From assembly GCA_039208735.1 (NCBI GenBank), contig JBCCQY010000031.1, positions 9,511 to 73,510 of the forward strand: DNA of 64,000 nucleotides. Reading direction: 5' to 3'. This DNA comes from Myxococcota bacterium (GTDB lineage Bacteria > Myxococcota_A > UBA796 > GCA-2862545). Below are positions 44,901 to 54,142 of the stretch, piece by piece. The translations under genes were made by a program, and so were the position numbers. A model generated the notes under the pieces. That model was given only the letters and a program-made list of their open reading frames with translations. It did not search any database and was not told the DNA's origin. Each line of letters starts with the position of its first letter. The first letter of the stretch is position 1.

Positions 44901-46025
44901 ATGAATGTGCCCTTCTATCGCCACGCGGTGTCCCCCGACTGGGCGTCCACCGTCGCCGATGTGATCGCCACACCGTTTCTGACCAGCGGTGCCGTCGGTC
45001 GGCGGGTCGAAGCCACGATGGCGGAGTTTTTCGGGGTCCCCCACGTCAAGCTCACCAACAGTTGGACCAACGGGTGTGTCGCGACCCTGCTCGCCCTCGA
45101 CATCGGTCCGGGCGACGAGGTCATCGTGCCCGCAATGACGTTTGTGGCGTGTGCCAACGTCGTCACCCTCGTGGGCGCCACACCGGTGTTCGCGGACGTC
45201 GATCCGAACACGCTCCTCGTCACACCCGATTCGGTCGCCGCCGCCGTCACTCCGGCCACCAAGGCGGTCATGCCCGTGCACCTTTACGGGCAGGTGCTCG
45301 ATGTGCGGGCCTTGCGCCAACGCATCGGCGACCTCACGATCATCGAAGACGCCGCGCACGCGTTCGAAGCCACCTTCGACGGCGACCGTCCCGGAACCCA
45401 TGGCGATTGCGCGATCTTTTCGTTCTACGCCACGAAGAATGTGACCTGCGGGGAAGGCGGAGCCGTGATCACGCGGTCCGCGGACCTTGCCGAACGCATC
45501 CAGCAGACCGTGCTCCATGGCATGAGCGCAGGCGCCGCAGACCGGTTTAAGCAAGGCCAGTATCGACATTGGGATGTGGCGCGCCTGGGGACGAAGGCCA
45601 ACCTGCCCGATCTGCTTGCCGCGCTACTCGAGCCGCAACTGCCCCTCGTCGATGCCCAACGCGCGCGACGTCAGGCGGTCCACGAGCGCTATGTGGCGGG
45701 GCTGACCGGCATCGACGGCGTGCGCTGGCCTACCCTGCACGATGCGGCCGTCTCGGCGCACCATCTGTTCCCCATCGCCGTGGCGCCGGCGCGCCGCGAC
45801 GATCTCCTCGCCCACCTGGGAACCCACGGTGTGGGCGCCACGGTGAACTACAACCCGGTGCCCCTCACCACGCTCTACCGAGAGCGGTTCGGATTGACCG
45901 GAGCAGACTTTCCCGTGGCAACCGAATGGGGACACGGCACGGTGTCGCTCCCGCTTTACCCGGACCTGCCTCACGACGAACAGCAATACGTGATCGATTC
46001 GGTACGGAGGTTCTTCGATGCCTAA
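44901..46025 (+). CDS. DegT/DnrJ/EryC1/StrS aminotransferase (ArnB-like)
   Basis: GPGDEVIVP.MTF, MPVHLYG, IEDAAHA, FSFYATKNVTCGEGG, VSLPLYP. Confidence 0.93.
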   Translation: MNVPFYRHAVSPDWASTVADVIATPFLTSGAVGRRVEATMAEFFGVPHVKLTNSWTNGCVATLLALDIGPGDEVIVPAMTFVACANVVTLVGATPVFADVDPNTLLVTPDSVAAAVTPATKAVMPVHLYGQVLDVRALRQRIGDLTIIEDAAHAFEATFDGDRPGTHGDCAIFSFYATKNVTCGEGGAVITRSADLAERIQQTVLHGMSAGAADRFKQGQYRHWDVARLGTKANLPDLLAALLEPQLPLVDAQRARRQAVHERYVAGLTGIDGVRWPTLHDAAVSAHHLFPIAVAPARRDDLLAHLGTHGVGATVNYNPVPLTTLYRERFGLTGADFPVATEWGHGTVSLPLYPDLPHDEQQYVIDSVRRFFDA

Positions 46026-47028
46026 GGTGCTCGTCACCGGCGCAGGCGGCTACATCGGAAGCGTGCTTTGTCAGGTCCTTTTAGACGAGGGCCATGCCGT
46101 GGTCGCCCTCGACCGGTTCTTCTTTGGCGACACGTTGGCCGAACACGACGGGCTGACCCGCCTGACGCGCGACATCCGCGACGTCGGGCCCGGAGACTTC
46201 GAAGGCGTCGATGCGGTGTTCGATCTCGCCGCCTTGTCGAACGATCCCACCGGTGACCTTGACCCCGCGCTGACGCGTGCCATCAATCATGAGGGCCGGG
46301 TTCGCGTGGCCACCGCGGCGAAGGAAGCGGGCGTTGGCCGGTACATCCTGTCGAGCAGTTGCTCGATCTACGGCACGGGTGCACGCCGCAACCTGCGGGA
46401 GGACGCACCGATCCAGCCTCTGACGGTGTATGCGAAGTCGAACCATGCCGCCGAACAAGACACCCGGGCCCTGGCCGACGACGACTTCGTGGTCACCGCA
46501 CTCCGGAATGGAACGGTATTCGGCGTATCGCCTCGCATGCGCTTCGATCTCGTCATCAACATCATGACGCTGCATGCCTTCGAACGTGGACGCATCCTGG
46601 TCACCGGCGGAGGTCGGCAATGGCGCCCCTTGGTGCACGTCGCGGACGTCGCTCAGGCCTTCCTCGCCACTCTCGCAGCGCCACCCGAGCAAGTCCAACG
46701 CGAGGTCTTCAACGTCGGCTGCGGAAACTTCCGCGTACGCACGGTCGCGTCCATTGTCCGAGAGGTGTTGCCCATTCCCGTGACCGTCGAAGTGGCCCCC
46801 GACGATGCCGACAAGCGCGACTACAGCGTGTCGTTCGACAAGCTCGAAACGCACGTTGGCTTCCGCGCCGAACGGTCCGTCGAAGAGGGCATTCGCGAGG
46901 TCTACGACGCGTTGAAATTCGGCGACGTCGAAGCGAGCCCGCGGACGTCGACGGTGGGCTGGTACCGCCGACTCCTCGAAGCCAAGGCCCTGGTCGACGC
47001 CCTGGTCATCGATGGACGCTTGCTGTGA
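46018..47028 (+). CDS. NDP-sugar epimerase/dehydratase (extended SDR)
   Basis: TGAGGYIG, LAALSNDP, SSSCSIYG, YAKSN, SPRMRFDL, RPLVHV.D. Confidence 0.9.
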   Translation: MPKVLVTGAGGYIGSVLCQVLLDEGHAVVALDRFFFGDTLAEHDGLTRLTRDIRDVGPGDFEGVDAVFDLAALSNDPTGDLDPALTRAINHEGRVRVATAAKEAGVGRYILSSSCSIYGTGARRNLREDAPIQPLTVYAKSNHAAEQDTRALADDDFVVTALRNGTVFGVSPRMRFDLVINIMTLHAFERGRILVTGGGRQWRPLVHVADVAQAFLATLAAPPEQVQREVFNVGCGNFRVRTVASIVREVLPIPVTVEVAPDDADKRDYSVSFDKLETHVGFRAERSVEEGIREVYDALKFGDVEASPRTSTVGWYRRLLEAKALVDALVIDGRLL

Positions 47029-47975
47029 GGGCGTTGCCCGACATCGGGGTGGTCGTGCCCCTGTTCAACGAGGAGGCCTTGGTCGACGAACTGGTCCGCC
47101 GTCTTTCGGCCGCCCTGTCCGGCATCACCGCTCACTGGGTGGTCTGGCTCGTCGATGACGGTTCCCGCGATGCGACGTGGAAGGGCATCGAAGCTGCGTC
47201 AATGGCAGAACCGCGCGTGCGGGGACTGCGCTTTTCGCGGAACTTCGGCCAGCACGTCGCCATCAGCGCAGGGCTCGATCACGCTGATGCGCACTACGTC
47301 GTGGTCATGGATGGTGACCTGCAGGACCTTCCCGAGACGATTCCCGAGTTGTATGCCAAGGCAACGGAGGGATGGGACGTGGTGCTTGTCGAGCGCAAGG
47401 ACCGCCCCATTGGCTGGCTCTACGGGCTCGCGCAGCGCACGTTCTACGGCGTCCTCAAGTTCCTTGCACGCACCGAATACAACCCGGCGTTCGGGAACTT
47501 CAGCATTCTCGCCCGCAAGGTCGTCGTGGCCTACCGGTCGTTGTCCGAAGGCAGCCGATTCTTCGGGGGATTGGTGTTCTGGTTGGGCTTTCAACGCACC
47601 ACCATCACCGCTCCCCACGGGGAACGGTTCGCGGGCCCCCCGAGCTACAACCTGCGACGCCGGCTCCGCCTCGCGAGCGACATCATCATCGCGTACAGCG
47701 TACGACCCCTGCACTTCGCCGTGCTGCTCGGCGTCATTTCGACGGTGTTTTCCTTCGGGTACGGCTGCACCATCATCTACAAGGCCCTGTTCGACACCGG
47801 CATGGTCGAAGGCTGGGCCTCCCTCATCGTCTCGATCTACTTCGTAGGCGGCGTGATCATGACGCTGCTCGGTCTCAACAGCATCTACCTGGGGCGGGTC
47901 TACCAAGAGCTGAAACGCCGCCCCCTGTACGTGGTGAGCGAACTTGCCTCGCCCAAGACGACCGACGATGCCTGA
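47025..47975 (+). CDS. GT2 polyprenyl-phosphate glycosyltransferase (ArnC/GtrB-like)
   Basis: VVPLFNEE, VDDGSRD, SRNFGQH.AI.AG, MDGDLQD, two C-terminal TM, YLGRVY.E.KRRP.Y. Confidence 0.92.
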   Translation: MRALPDIGVVVPLFNEEALVDELVRRLSAALSGITAHWVVWLVDDGSRDATWKGIEAASMAEPRVRGLRFSRNFGQHVAISAGLDHADAHYVVVMDGDLQDLPETIPELYAKATEGWDVVLVERKDRPIGWLYGLAQRTFYGVLKFLARTEYNPAFGNFSILARKVVVAYRSLSEGSRFFGGLVFWLGFQRTTITAPHGERFAGPPSYNLRRRLRLASDIIIAYSVRPLHFAVLLGVISTVFSFGYGCTIIYKALFDTGMVEGWASLIVSIYFVGGVIMTLLGLNSIYLGRVYQELKRRPLYVVSELASPKTTDDA

Positions 47976-48711
47976 CCCGCGTGAAGCGAAGCGGGTCATC
48001 CGTCAACCCTTCGACGAAGCGATCTTCGGGGTGCCGTACTTTCGGATTCCTAACCCCGATGCAGAGGGGCTCACGAGCGCCTTTGAAACTGCGCTGGCCC
48101 CCCACTCCACCGCCAAGGCCGACGCCCGGCCCGCGGTCGAGGCTCGAGCCACCCTGTCCCGACTTGAGGGCCTCGGTTTTCATCGGGTGTGCACCCAGGT
48201 GACGTTTCATGCCGCCGCTGCGATGACGCCGCCAGACCCGGCAATCGTCGAAGCGGACCGCTGGACACTGTCACCGGACGACCTCGATGCGCGTGCCCTA
48301 GGCTTTGTCTTTTCTCGATTCGCTCAAGATGTGAAGACCGCCCCCCAGCTCGCTCAGCGCTGGATCCGCACCTGGCTCGCCAACTCGGTGTCGGGGCGAC
48401 GACGGGTGCTCGCCTTGGGGCCGGATGTGGTCACGTGGGCTCCGCCCGATAAGCAGGGCGTCCTCACCATCGATCTGGTGTCCGTGCTGCGCGCGGGCCA
48501 AGGCCATGGGTCGCGACTCATCCTGCACCTGCGGGGCCTTGCCGGCCGGCTGGGCGCCTCTCGGGTCCAGGTGACCACCGAAGCCGAGAACGTTGCTGCC
48601 CAACGCCTCTATACACGCTGTGGCTTCGAACTGGACCATGCGCGAGCCTGCCTCCACTACACGCACAAACGCGCACACCATCCAACGAGCCCCTCGTCCA
48701 CCACGGACTAG
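47968..48711 (+). CDS. GNAT acetyltransferase (WecD/RffC-like)
   Basis: FSRFAQD, IDLVSV...GQGHG, VQVTTEAENVAAQRLY..CGF. Confidence 0.75.
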   Translation: MPDPREAKRVIRQPFDEAIFGVPYFRIPNPDAEGLTSAFETALAPHSTAKADARPAVEARATLSRLEGLGFHRVCTQVTFHAAAAMTPPDPAIVEADRWTLSPDDLDARALGFVFSRFAQDVKTAPQLAQRWIRTWLANSVSGRRRVLALGPDVVTWAPPDKQGVLTIDLVSVLRAGQGHGSRLILHLRGLAGRLGASRVQVTTEAENVAAQRLYTRCGFELDHARACLHYTHKRAHHPTSPSSTTD

Positions 48712-48731
48712 TCGACACCTGGAGGTCGACG

Positions 48732-50858
48732 ATGCCCGTGCTGCTCCCCTTCGCACTCGTGCTCGGAGCTTGCGAACCTGCCCCATCGAACCCAGGCCTT
48801 TCGCTAGCGCCGCTGCTGCCCCAGTTCGACGCCGAAATCGACGCCATCCTCCTCGAGGAATGGGCCCAACAGAACCTCCCTGGCCTGTCGGTGGCGGTGC
48901 TGGTCGGCGAGGACCTCATCCATGTCGGGACCTACGGTTACTCCGACCTCGACGCGGGCCAACCTGTCGAAGACGATGACCTGTTCGCCATGAACTCCAT
49001 GTCGAAGATGCTCACCGCGGTGGTCGCCAAGAAGCTTGCCTTGCAGGCGCCGAACGACTTTTCGCTCAACGACGAGGTCCGCCTGCACGTGCCTTCGTTT
49101 GCCGAATCGGGCCCGAACGACCCGAATTACGCTTGGCGCGAGCAGATGACAGTTGCCCAGCTGTTGTCGAACACCGGCGGGCTCGTCCACTACTCGAAGC
49201 TCGGTGACAAGAGCGCCCAAGACACGTTCAACGACCCGGATGCGGATTGGTTCGATGGTGTGGCGTCGATGGCGGTGTACGCCCCGCTCGACATGGTGCA
49301 TGAACCCGGCGACATCTACCACTACTCGTCGTACGGCTTCAACCTTGTAGGCACCGTGGTCGATGCCGCGGGTCAGGCGATCGACGGCCGCGGCTACCAA
49401 GCTCGCGTCCTGGAAGACATCGCGGACGCGTACGGCATGGAACACCTGCAGCCGGATACCGGCGATACGCCTGGTAAGGCCCGTCGCCACAACCTCGACA
49501 CCTGCACAGGTCGCTTCAACCCCCAAGGCTGGACCCACAGTCGAGTCTACATGCTTCCCGGCAGCGGTTGGCTCTCGACCCCGAGTTCGCTCGCCGCATT
49601 TGCGCGAGGTCTGCTCGCCGAGCCCGCGAGCGTGACTGGCGATCTGTGGGCCGCCCAAAACAGCCTCGATCGCTTCCGTTCGTCGGTCGAGGACGGTGAA
49701 TGCGTACTCGATCCCGTGTTGAACAACGGCAATCCCGTGGTCACGGACTATGGCTACGGCTTTTCCCGCGGGGGATTCGCATCGAACAACGCCCCCAACA
49801 CGGTGGGGCATGGCGGGTCTCATCCACGCGGAGGCGGCGCGAAGTCGTTGACCACGATCGCGGTCGACCATGACTACGCGATCGTGTTGATGACGAACGG
49901 AAGCGCCTGGAGCAGCGGTCGCATTCGCAACCGAATCCAGCGCGTGCTCGAGACCCGTCGCATGGATCAGGGGCTGTCGAATCAGATCGTGAATCCGCCG
50001 GCGAAGGTCTACAACCTCTCGGGTCAGGCGTGCCCCGCGTCCAATTGCCCTCGGACCCAGTTCGCCGGCACTTGGCGACCGGATCGCCCGCTCACTGTGG
50101 CCCGCTACTCCCAAAGCACCATCGAGTTGATCAATCAGCTCAATGAGCTGCTTCGAGCCGGCTTCGTGGTGGAGGACCTCGATGTACGTCCGCCCGATGC
50201 CACCCCCACCCCGACCTCGCGGGCCGGGGTCGATCTGCTACCTACGTTCAATGCGCTCTTTGTGCAGGTCGAAGGGTCGCCAATCGGCCGTCGTCGGTAT
50301 GCGGTCAACCAACCACTCTCGACCTTCGACAGCACCACAAGCGACCACGAGACCGATGGCTACGAACTGCTCGACCTCGAGATTTACGACGTGGGCGGGG
50401 GCGACTTACGGTGGGCCGCCGTCTATGCCGACGACCTCCCCGCCCGGCGCGGGGGGCTCGACCTCTCCGACCGCGAGCTGCTCGCGGAGGCCTCAGACCA
50501 AGCTCGCGACGGGTACTACCCGGTCGACCTCTCGTCGACGGGTGAGATCGATGGAAGCGCTCGCTACGCGGTCGTCTTCGAGGAACGTGAGGATCGGACG
50601 GTCATCGACCTGCGCTACACCATGCCTTCGTTCCCCACGAATCCTGCCACCCAGTTTGGAACGTTGGTGCCCAACATCCTCGATGTCGATTTTCGAGATA
50701 ATGGGCGGATTATCGAAGCAGTCGTAGCACAAGCTCCGACCGTCAATCGTCCGCCGGTCGTCAACGGCATGGACTGGTGTGGATTGGTGACGGAAATTCA
50801 GGACCGATGGCCGCTCGCCAACGAAACGACCTTCCTGGTTGACCTTGACGAATACTGA
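48732..50858 (+). CDS. serine hydrolase (beta-lactamase/PBP fold) lipoprotein with C-terminal tandem repeats (BTRD1/polyglycine-hydrolase-like)
   Basis: LGAC lipobox; SMSK (SxxK), YHYSS, HGG; repeats such as DGYELLDLEIY...LRWAAVY and DGYYPVDLS...ARYAVVF. Confidence 0.8.
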   Translation: MPVLLPFALVLGACEPAPSNPGLSLAPLLPQFDAEIDAILLEEWAQQNLPGLSVAVLVGEDLIHVGTYGYSDLDAGQPVEDDDLFAMNSMSKMLTAVVAKKLALQAPNDFSLNDEVRLHVPSFAESGPNDPNYAWREQMTVAQLLSNTGGLVHYSKLGDKSAQDTFNDPDADWFDGVASMAVYAPLDMVHEPGDIYHYSSYGFNLVGTVVDAAGQAIDGRGYQARVLEDIADAYGMEHLQPDTGDTPGKARRHNLDTCTGRFNPQGWTHSRVYMLPGSGWLSTPSSLAAFARGLLAEPASVTGDLWAAQNSLDRFRSSVEDGECVLDPVLNNGNPVVTDYGYGFSRGGFASNNAPNTVGHGGSHPRGGGAKSLTTIAVDHDYAIVLMTNGSAWSSGRIRNRIQRVLETRRMDQGLSNQIVNPPAKVYNLSGQACPASNCPRTQFAGTWRPDRPLTVARYSQSTIELINQLNELLRAGFVVEDLDVRPPDATPTPTSRAGVDLLPTFNALFVQVEGSPIGRRRYAVNQPLSTFDSTTSDHETDGYELLDLEIYDVGGGDLRWAAVYADDLPARRGGLDLSDRELLAEASDQARDGYYPVDLSSTGEIDGSARYAVVFEEREDRTVIDLRYTMPSFPTNPATQFGTLVPNILDVDFRDNGRIIEAVVAQAPTVNRPPVVNGMDWCGLVTEIQDRWPLANETTFLVDLDEY

Positions 50859-50868
50859 GTCTCCGAAG

Positions 50869-52209
50869 CTATGCGGCCCGCGCGTCGTCGAGAGCATCGT
50901 CGGAGTGGCCGTAGCCGAGCCACCATCCCCGCAACGCCCACATCGTCAGGGGCAGGAGGGTGACCAAACCAAGCCCAATCGCCAAACTCCGCGCGGCCAG
51001 GCCTGCGGGCTCGGCCCACGGAATCCAAGGCCCCAACACGGCCCCGAGTGCGTCGCCAAACTGGTCCCCGACTTGCCCGAACACCCCGTTTGAAAGCGCT
51101 AACGTAAAGGTGAAGGCCGCGTGTTCGGTGGAGAACACCCGCCCTCGCACCACCGAGGGCGTGAGCTGCTGAAGTCGGATCGTCGAAAAGACCCAAATCG
51201 TCGCACCTCCAAGATGGGCAAAGATGAGGAGGGCCGCAGCGATCGGTAGCGACGGTGCGAACCCCAACAGCGTGTAGCCCACCATGCACATCCCAAGCGA
51301 CACGAGCACCGCACGCTCCATCGACCGAGGTTCGCTTTGGGTCAGCCATCGCGAAACGAACGGACCCACGCCGGTCCCGATGCCCCGGGCCACATACAGT
51401 GCGGCGACCGAAAGGAACGGCCAACCGGCCATCTGAAACGCGGTCTCCCCGAGCAGGGTGAGCACCAGCGTGCGCGCACCGGTGAGCGACCAGGTTGGTT
51501 TGATCAACGCCAAGCTCCAGACCCGCGGCCGCTGGAGCATCCACACCGCGCCATTCCACAGGTCCCGCAAGCCCAACATCTCGAACAGGGTTTTGGCGGG
51601 CGCGCGAGGGGCTCGCTCGACGGCGGGCTCACGAATGCGCATCAGGAATACGGCTGACACGAGGTAGCTCACCGCGTCGAGCAGCAGGGCAAGCTCCCAA
51701 CCCAGGAGATCGGTGAACAGCCCGCCGGTCGCTGCACCCACGGCGAGCATCAGCGACCAGGTCGCAGCAGAAACCGCATTCGCAGCGGTGAGTTCCTCGG
51801 ACCGCACCAGATCGGGAAACAACGCGTTGCGCGCAGGTTCGAACACTGCCGAAAGCAGAGTTTGTATCACCACAAGAGTGTACAGCAGCGTCACGTTCGG
51901 CACGAATACCAAGCCGAGCATGGCATACACCACCCACGCTCGGCCGAGGTCCGCTGCCACCATGAGATTGCGTCGCGGCAGGCGGTCAGCGAGCACGCCG
52001 CCCAACGGCGCGAGGACCCCCGGCAGCGACTTCAGGATGAGAACCACGGCGAACCCCGTCGCCGAAACATCTCCAAACGCCCGTAGCATCGCAAGAATGG
52101 CGAGCAGGTTGAACCAATCACCGAACAGGCTGACGATGCGTCCGGCAAAGAGATTTCGAAAATCCCGATTGTCGCGAAAAAGCTCTACGTACCCGACCGT
52201 GCGGACCAA
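50869..52209 (-). CDS. MFS transporter (DHA3/H+ antiporter-like)
   Basis: NRDFRNLF.G..VS.FGDW, GVLADRLPRR, FEPARNA, P.VVRGRVFS. Confidence 0.9.
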   Translation of the reverse strand: MVRTVGYVELFRDNRDFRNLFAGRIVSLFGDWFNLLAILAMLRAFGDVSATGFAVVLILKSLPGVLAPLGGVLADRLPRRNLMVAADLGRAWVVYAMLGLVFVPNVTLLYTLVVIQTLLSAVFEPARNALFPDLVRSEELTAANAVSAATWSLMLAVGAATGGLFTDLLGWELALLLDAVSYLVSAVFLMRIREPAVERAPRAPAKTLFEMLGLRDLWNGAVWMLQRPRVWSLALIKPTWSLTGARTLVLTLLGETAFQMAGWPFLSVAALYVARGIGTGVGPFVSRWLTQSEPRSMERAVLVSLGMCMVGYTLLGFAPSLPIAAALLIFAHLGGATIWVFSTIRLQQLTPSVVRGRVFSTEHAAFTFTLALSNGVFGQVGDQFGDALGAVLGPWIPWAEPAGLAARSLAIGLGLVTLLPLTMWALRGWWLGYGHSDDALDDARAA

Positions 52210-52245
52210 GCGGCCTCCCTGGCTTCGTCAGGTATCGACAGGAGC

Positions 52246-53187
52246 TTGGCAACGGCATCGCTTGATGACCCACGGAGAGCGGTTATTCCCCGGCCAGCAA
52301 TCACGGAGGATCGCGTGGAGGACCTGGAATCGAGCCTTGCGAAGGTGGAGGCGCTGCCTCGGGAGCAGGTCCCGTCGGCGCTTGCCGCGATGGCAGGTGA
52401 CATTCCGGCGACGTTGCTCACGGGCGGCAATACGCCTGGTCGCCTCGTGTCGATCCTCGTGGATGTGATCCACAAAGGACTGGGGACCGGTCGGGAGCGC
52501 CTCGCGATTGGCGAGCTGCTCGGTCGCATCGGTGATCCACGGCTTCGCACGCCCGATGATTCCGACTACTGGGTCCGTGTGCCTTATGAAGGCAGCACCG
52601 TCGTCATCGGCAAATACCCTGTCACCAACCATGAATTTGCCGCATGGGCAGATGCGGGCGGCTACGACAACCGGGCCACTTGGTCGGACGATGGGTGGGC
52701 CTGGCGCGAGAAGTGCTCCGACCCCTGGCCCATCAACGCCAAGCAGCCCGATGCCGACGCCTTTGTGGTTGCCAATCAGCCGGTGGTTGGCGTGACGTTT
52801 TGGGAGGCCGAGGCCTTCGCTGCGGCCCACGGTGCGCGACTGCCCCGCGAAGACGAACGCATCTGGGTGGTGAGGGGGTCTGAAAAGCGTCCCTACCCCT
52901 GGGGCAGCCCCTTCCGAGAAGGCGACGCCAACACCCAAGAAGAAGTTCTCGGCCGCCCCTCGGCGGTGGGGCTTTACGTCAAGGATCGCACCCCCGAAGG
53001 GGTCTACGACCTCGCGGGCAACGTGGCCGAGTGGACCTGCGATCCCGACCCGGAAGGCACCCGCCGGCTCGTCCACCCCGGGAGCTGGGATCAGCCTTCG
53101 ATGGCGGCATGGGCCAAGGCCAAGGAATACCGTGGCACCGACGACCGTGGCGCGGCGCTGGGCTTCCGCATCAGCCGCGACGCATAA
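52246..53187 (+). CDS. FGE-sulfatase (SUMF1/C-type-lectin fold) domain protein, non-catalytic
   Basis: IGKYPVTNHEF, QPVVGVTFWEA, RLP.E.E, YPWG, DLAGNVAEW, LGFR; lacks FGE catalytic Cys; N-terminal helical part ending LGRIGDPR. Confidence 0.85.
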   Translation: MATASLDDPRRAVIPRPAITEDRVEDLESSLAKVEALPREQVPSALAAMAGDIPATLLTGGNTPGRLVSILVDVIHKGLGTGRERLAIGELLGRIGDPRLRTPDDSDYWVRVPYEGSTVVIGKYPVTNHEFAAWADAGGYDNRATWSDDGWAWREKCSDPWPINAKQPDADAFVVANQPVVGVTFWEAEAFAAAHGARLPREDERIWVVRGSEKRPYPWGSPFREGDANTQEEVLGRPSAVGLYVKDRTPEGVYDLAGNVAEWTCDPDPEGTRRLVHPGSWDQPSMAAWAKAKEYRGTDDRGAALGFRISRDA

Positions 53188-53203
53188 CAGTTAGGTACGC
53201 GCG

Positions 53204-54142
53204 ATGGCGCGGCTCGACTCCACTCGGCGAGCAACCTGGGCGTCTCGGCCAACCGTTTGGCCGGGTACGGTCTCTGATGACACGTTCGCCCGCCTGCAAG
53301 CGTTGGCGCACTGCCTTTCTGACTCGGCCCACGAGGCGATGTGGTCGACGGGTGACCTCCACCGCACCGAAGCGGTGTTCGGACTTTTGCATCGCCTGTC
53401 TCAGCCCGAAGTCAACGCGCTGGCCGGGCCGGCGCTCACGCTGACCGACGCCGGCGTGCCCTTTTCGTGCGTGTTGCTGACCCCCGAGGCTCCTTGCGCC
53501 ACCGAGGGCTCCGTCTTCGCATCGTTCGACCGGGCTTTTGGCGACTACGGCTGGGCGTTGCGCCTGCGCCGACCCTTGCCCGACGAGGTTGATGTCGCTC
53601 CGATCCTCCAGTCGTTGCGGCTGTGGTTCACGGCCCGGTCCATGGTCGCGGACACCCCGCTTACCGTGACCTACGACGATGACGCGCTGTCGCTCGAGTT
53701 TACGCTCCTCGAGGGGCTCAGCGGGGGTCGCCTCGTGACGTTGGGCCCTCGTACACGGCCCCCCGTCCGCAGCCTCGAAGCGGCGTTGAAGCAGACGGAC
53801 GGAGCTCCGGTGGTGGTGGTCCGTGCCGCCCAGGCGTTTGGTCGCCAAGGGCTGCTGAGCGCGCTCTACGGCCCCGCGCAATCCACCGAGACCTGCTCGG
53901 GAGCAAGCCCGACCTTCCGTTCGACCGTGGGTCGGGCAGGGTGGTTTGCTGACCATCCGGAAGTCGGAGAAGTGTGGTGGCTGGATCCCGCCTTGCCACC
54001 CGACCCCTTCGGACGGATGCGACGATTCATCAATCCCTGGGGTCCTACGAATTCGGTGGTCCCACAGTGTGACGGAACCGTGCACGCCCAGGCCACCAAC
54101 GAAAAGCGCGCGACCCTGGAATGGGTCGGTGGAGGTCGCTGA
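53204..54142 (+). CDS. hypothetical protein
   Basis: 312-aa ORF, 16 bp after the FGE gene, TGA/ATG overlap with tdk. Confidence 0.65.
   Translation: MARLDSTRRATWASRPTVWPGTVSDDTFARLQALAHCLSDSAHEAMWSTGDLHRTEAVFGLLHRLSQPEVNALAGPALTLTDAGVPFSCVLLTPEAPCATEGSVFASFDRAFGDYGWALRLRRPLPDEVDVAPILQSLRLWFTARSMVADTPLTVTYDDDALSLEFTLLEGLSGGRLVTLGPRTRPPVRSLEAALKQTDGAPVVVVRAAQAFGRQGLLSALYGPAQSTETCSGASPTFRSTVGRAGWFADHPEVGEVWWLDPALPPDPFGRMRRFINPWGPTNSVVPQCDGTVHAQATNEKRATLEWVGGGR

Noticed and set aside
44901..47975. Assigning arnB/arnC gene symbols
   Set aside because: Only family-level similarity, and arnA, arnD, arnE and arnF are absent, so orthology is unproven.
48711..48730. GTCGAC-flanked hairpin over the GGAGG RBS
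   Set aside because: GTCGAC is very frequent in this sequence and the loop is too short to be convincing.
43598..50114. Long minus-strand ORFs 43598..44902 and 48804..50114
   Set aside because: Shadows of the GT-C-like gene and the serine hydrolase gene.
48732..50858. Beta-lactam resistance gene (ampC)
   Set aside because: YxS and HGG instead of YxN and KTG, plus extra repeat domains; a generic serine hydrolase is more likely.
52246..53187. True formylglycine-generating enzyme, or a DGR target gene
   Set aside because: The catalytic Cys pair is absent, and no reverse transcriptase or template repeat is visible in the window.
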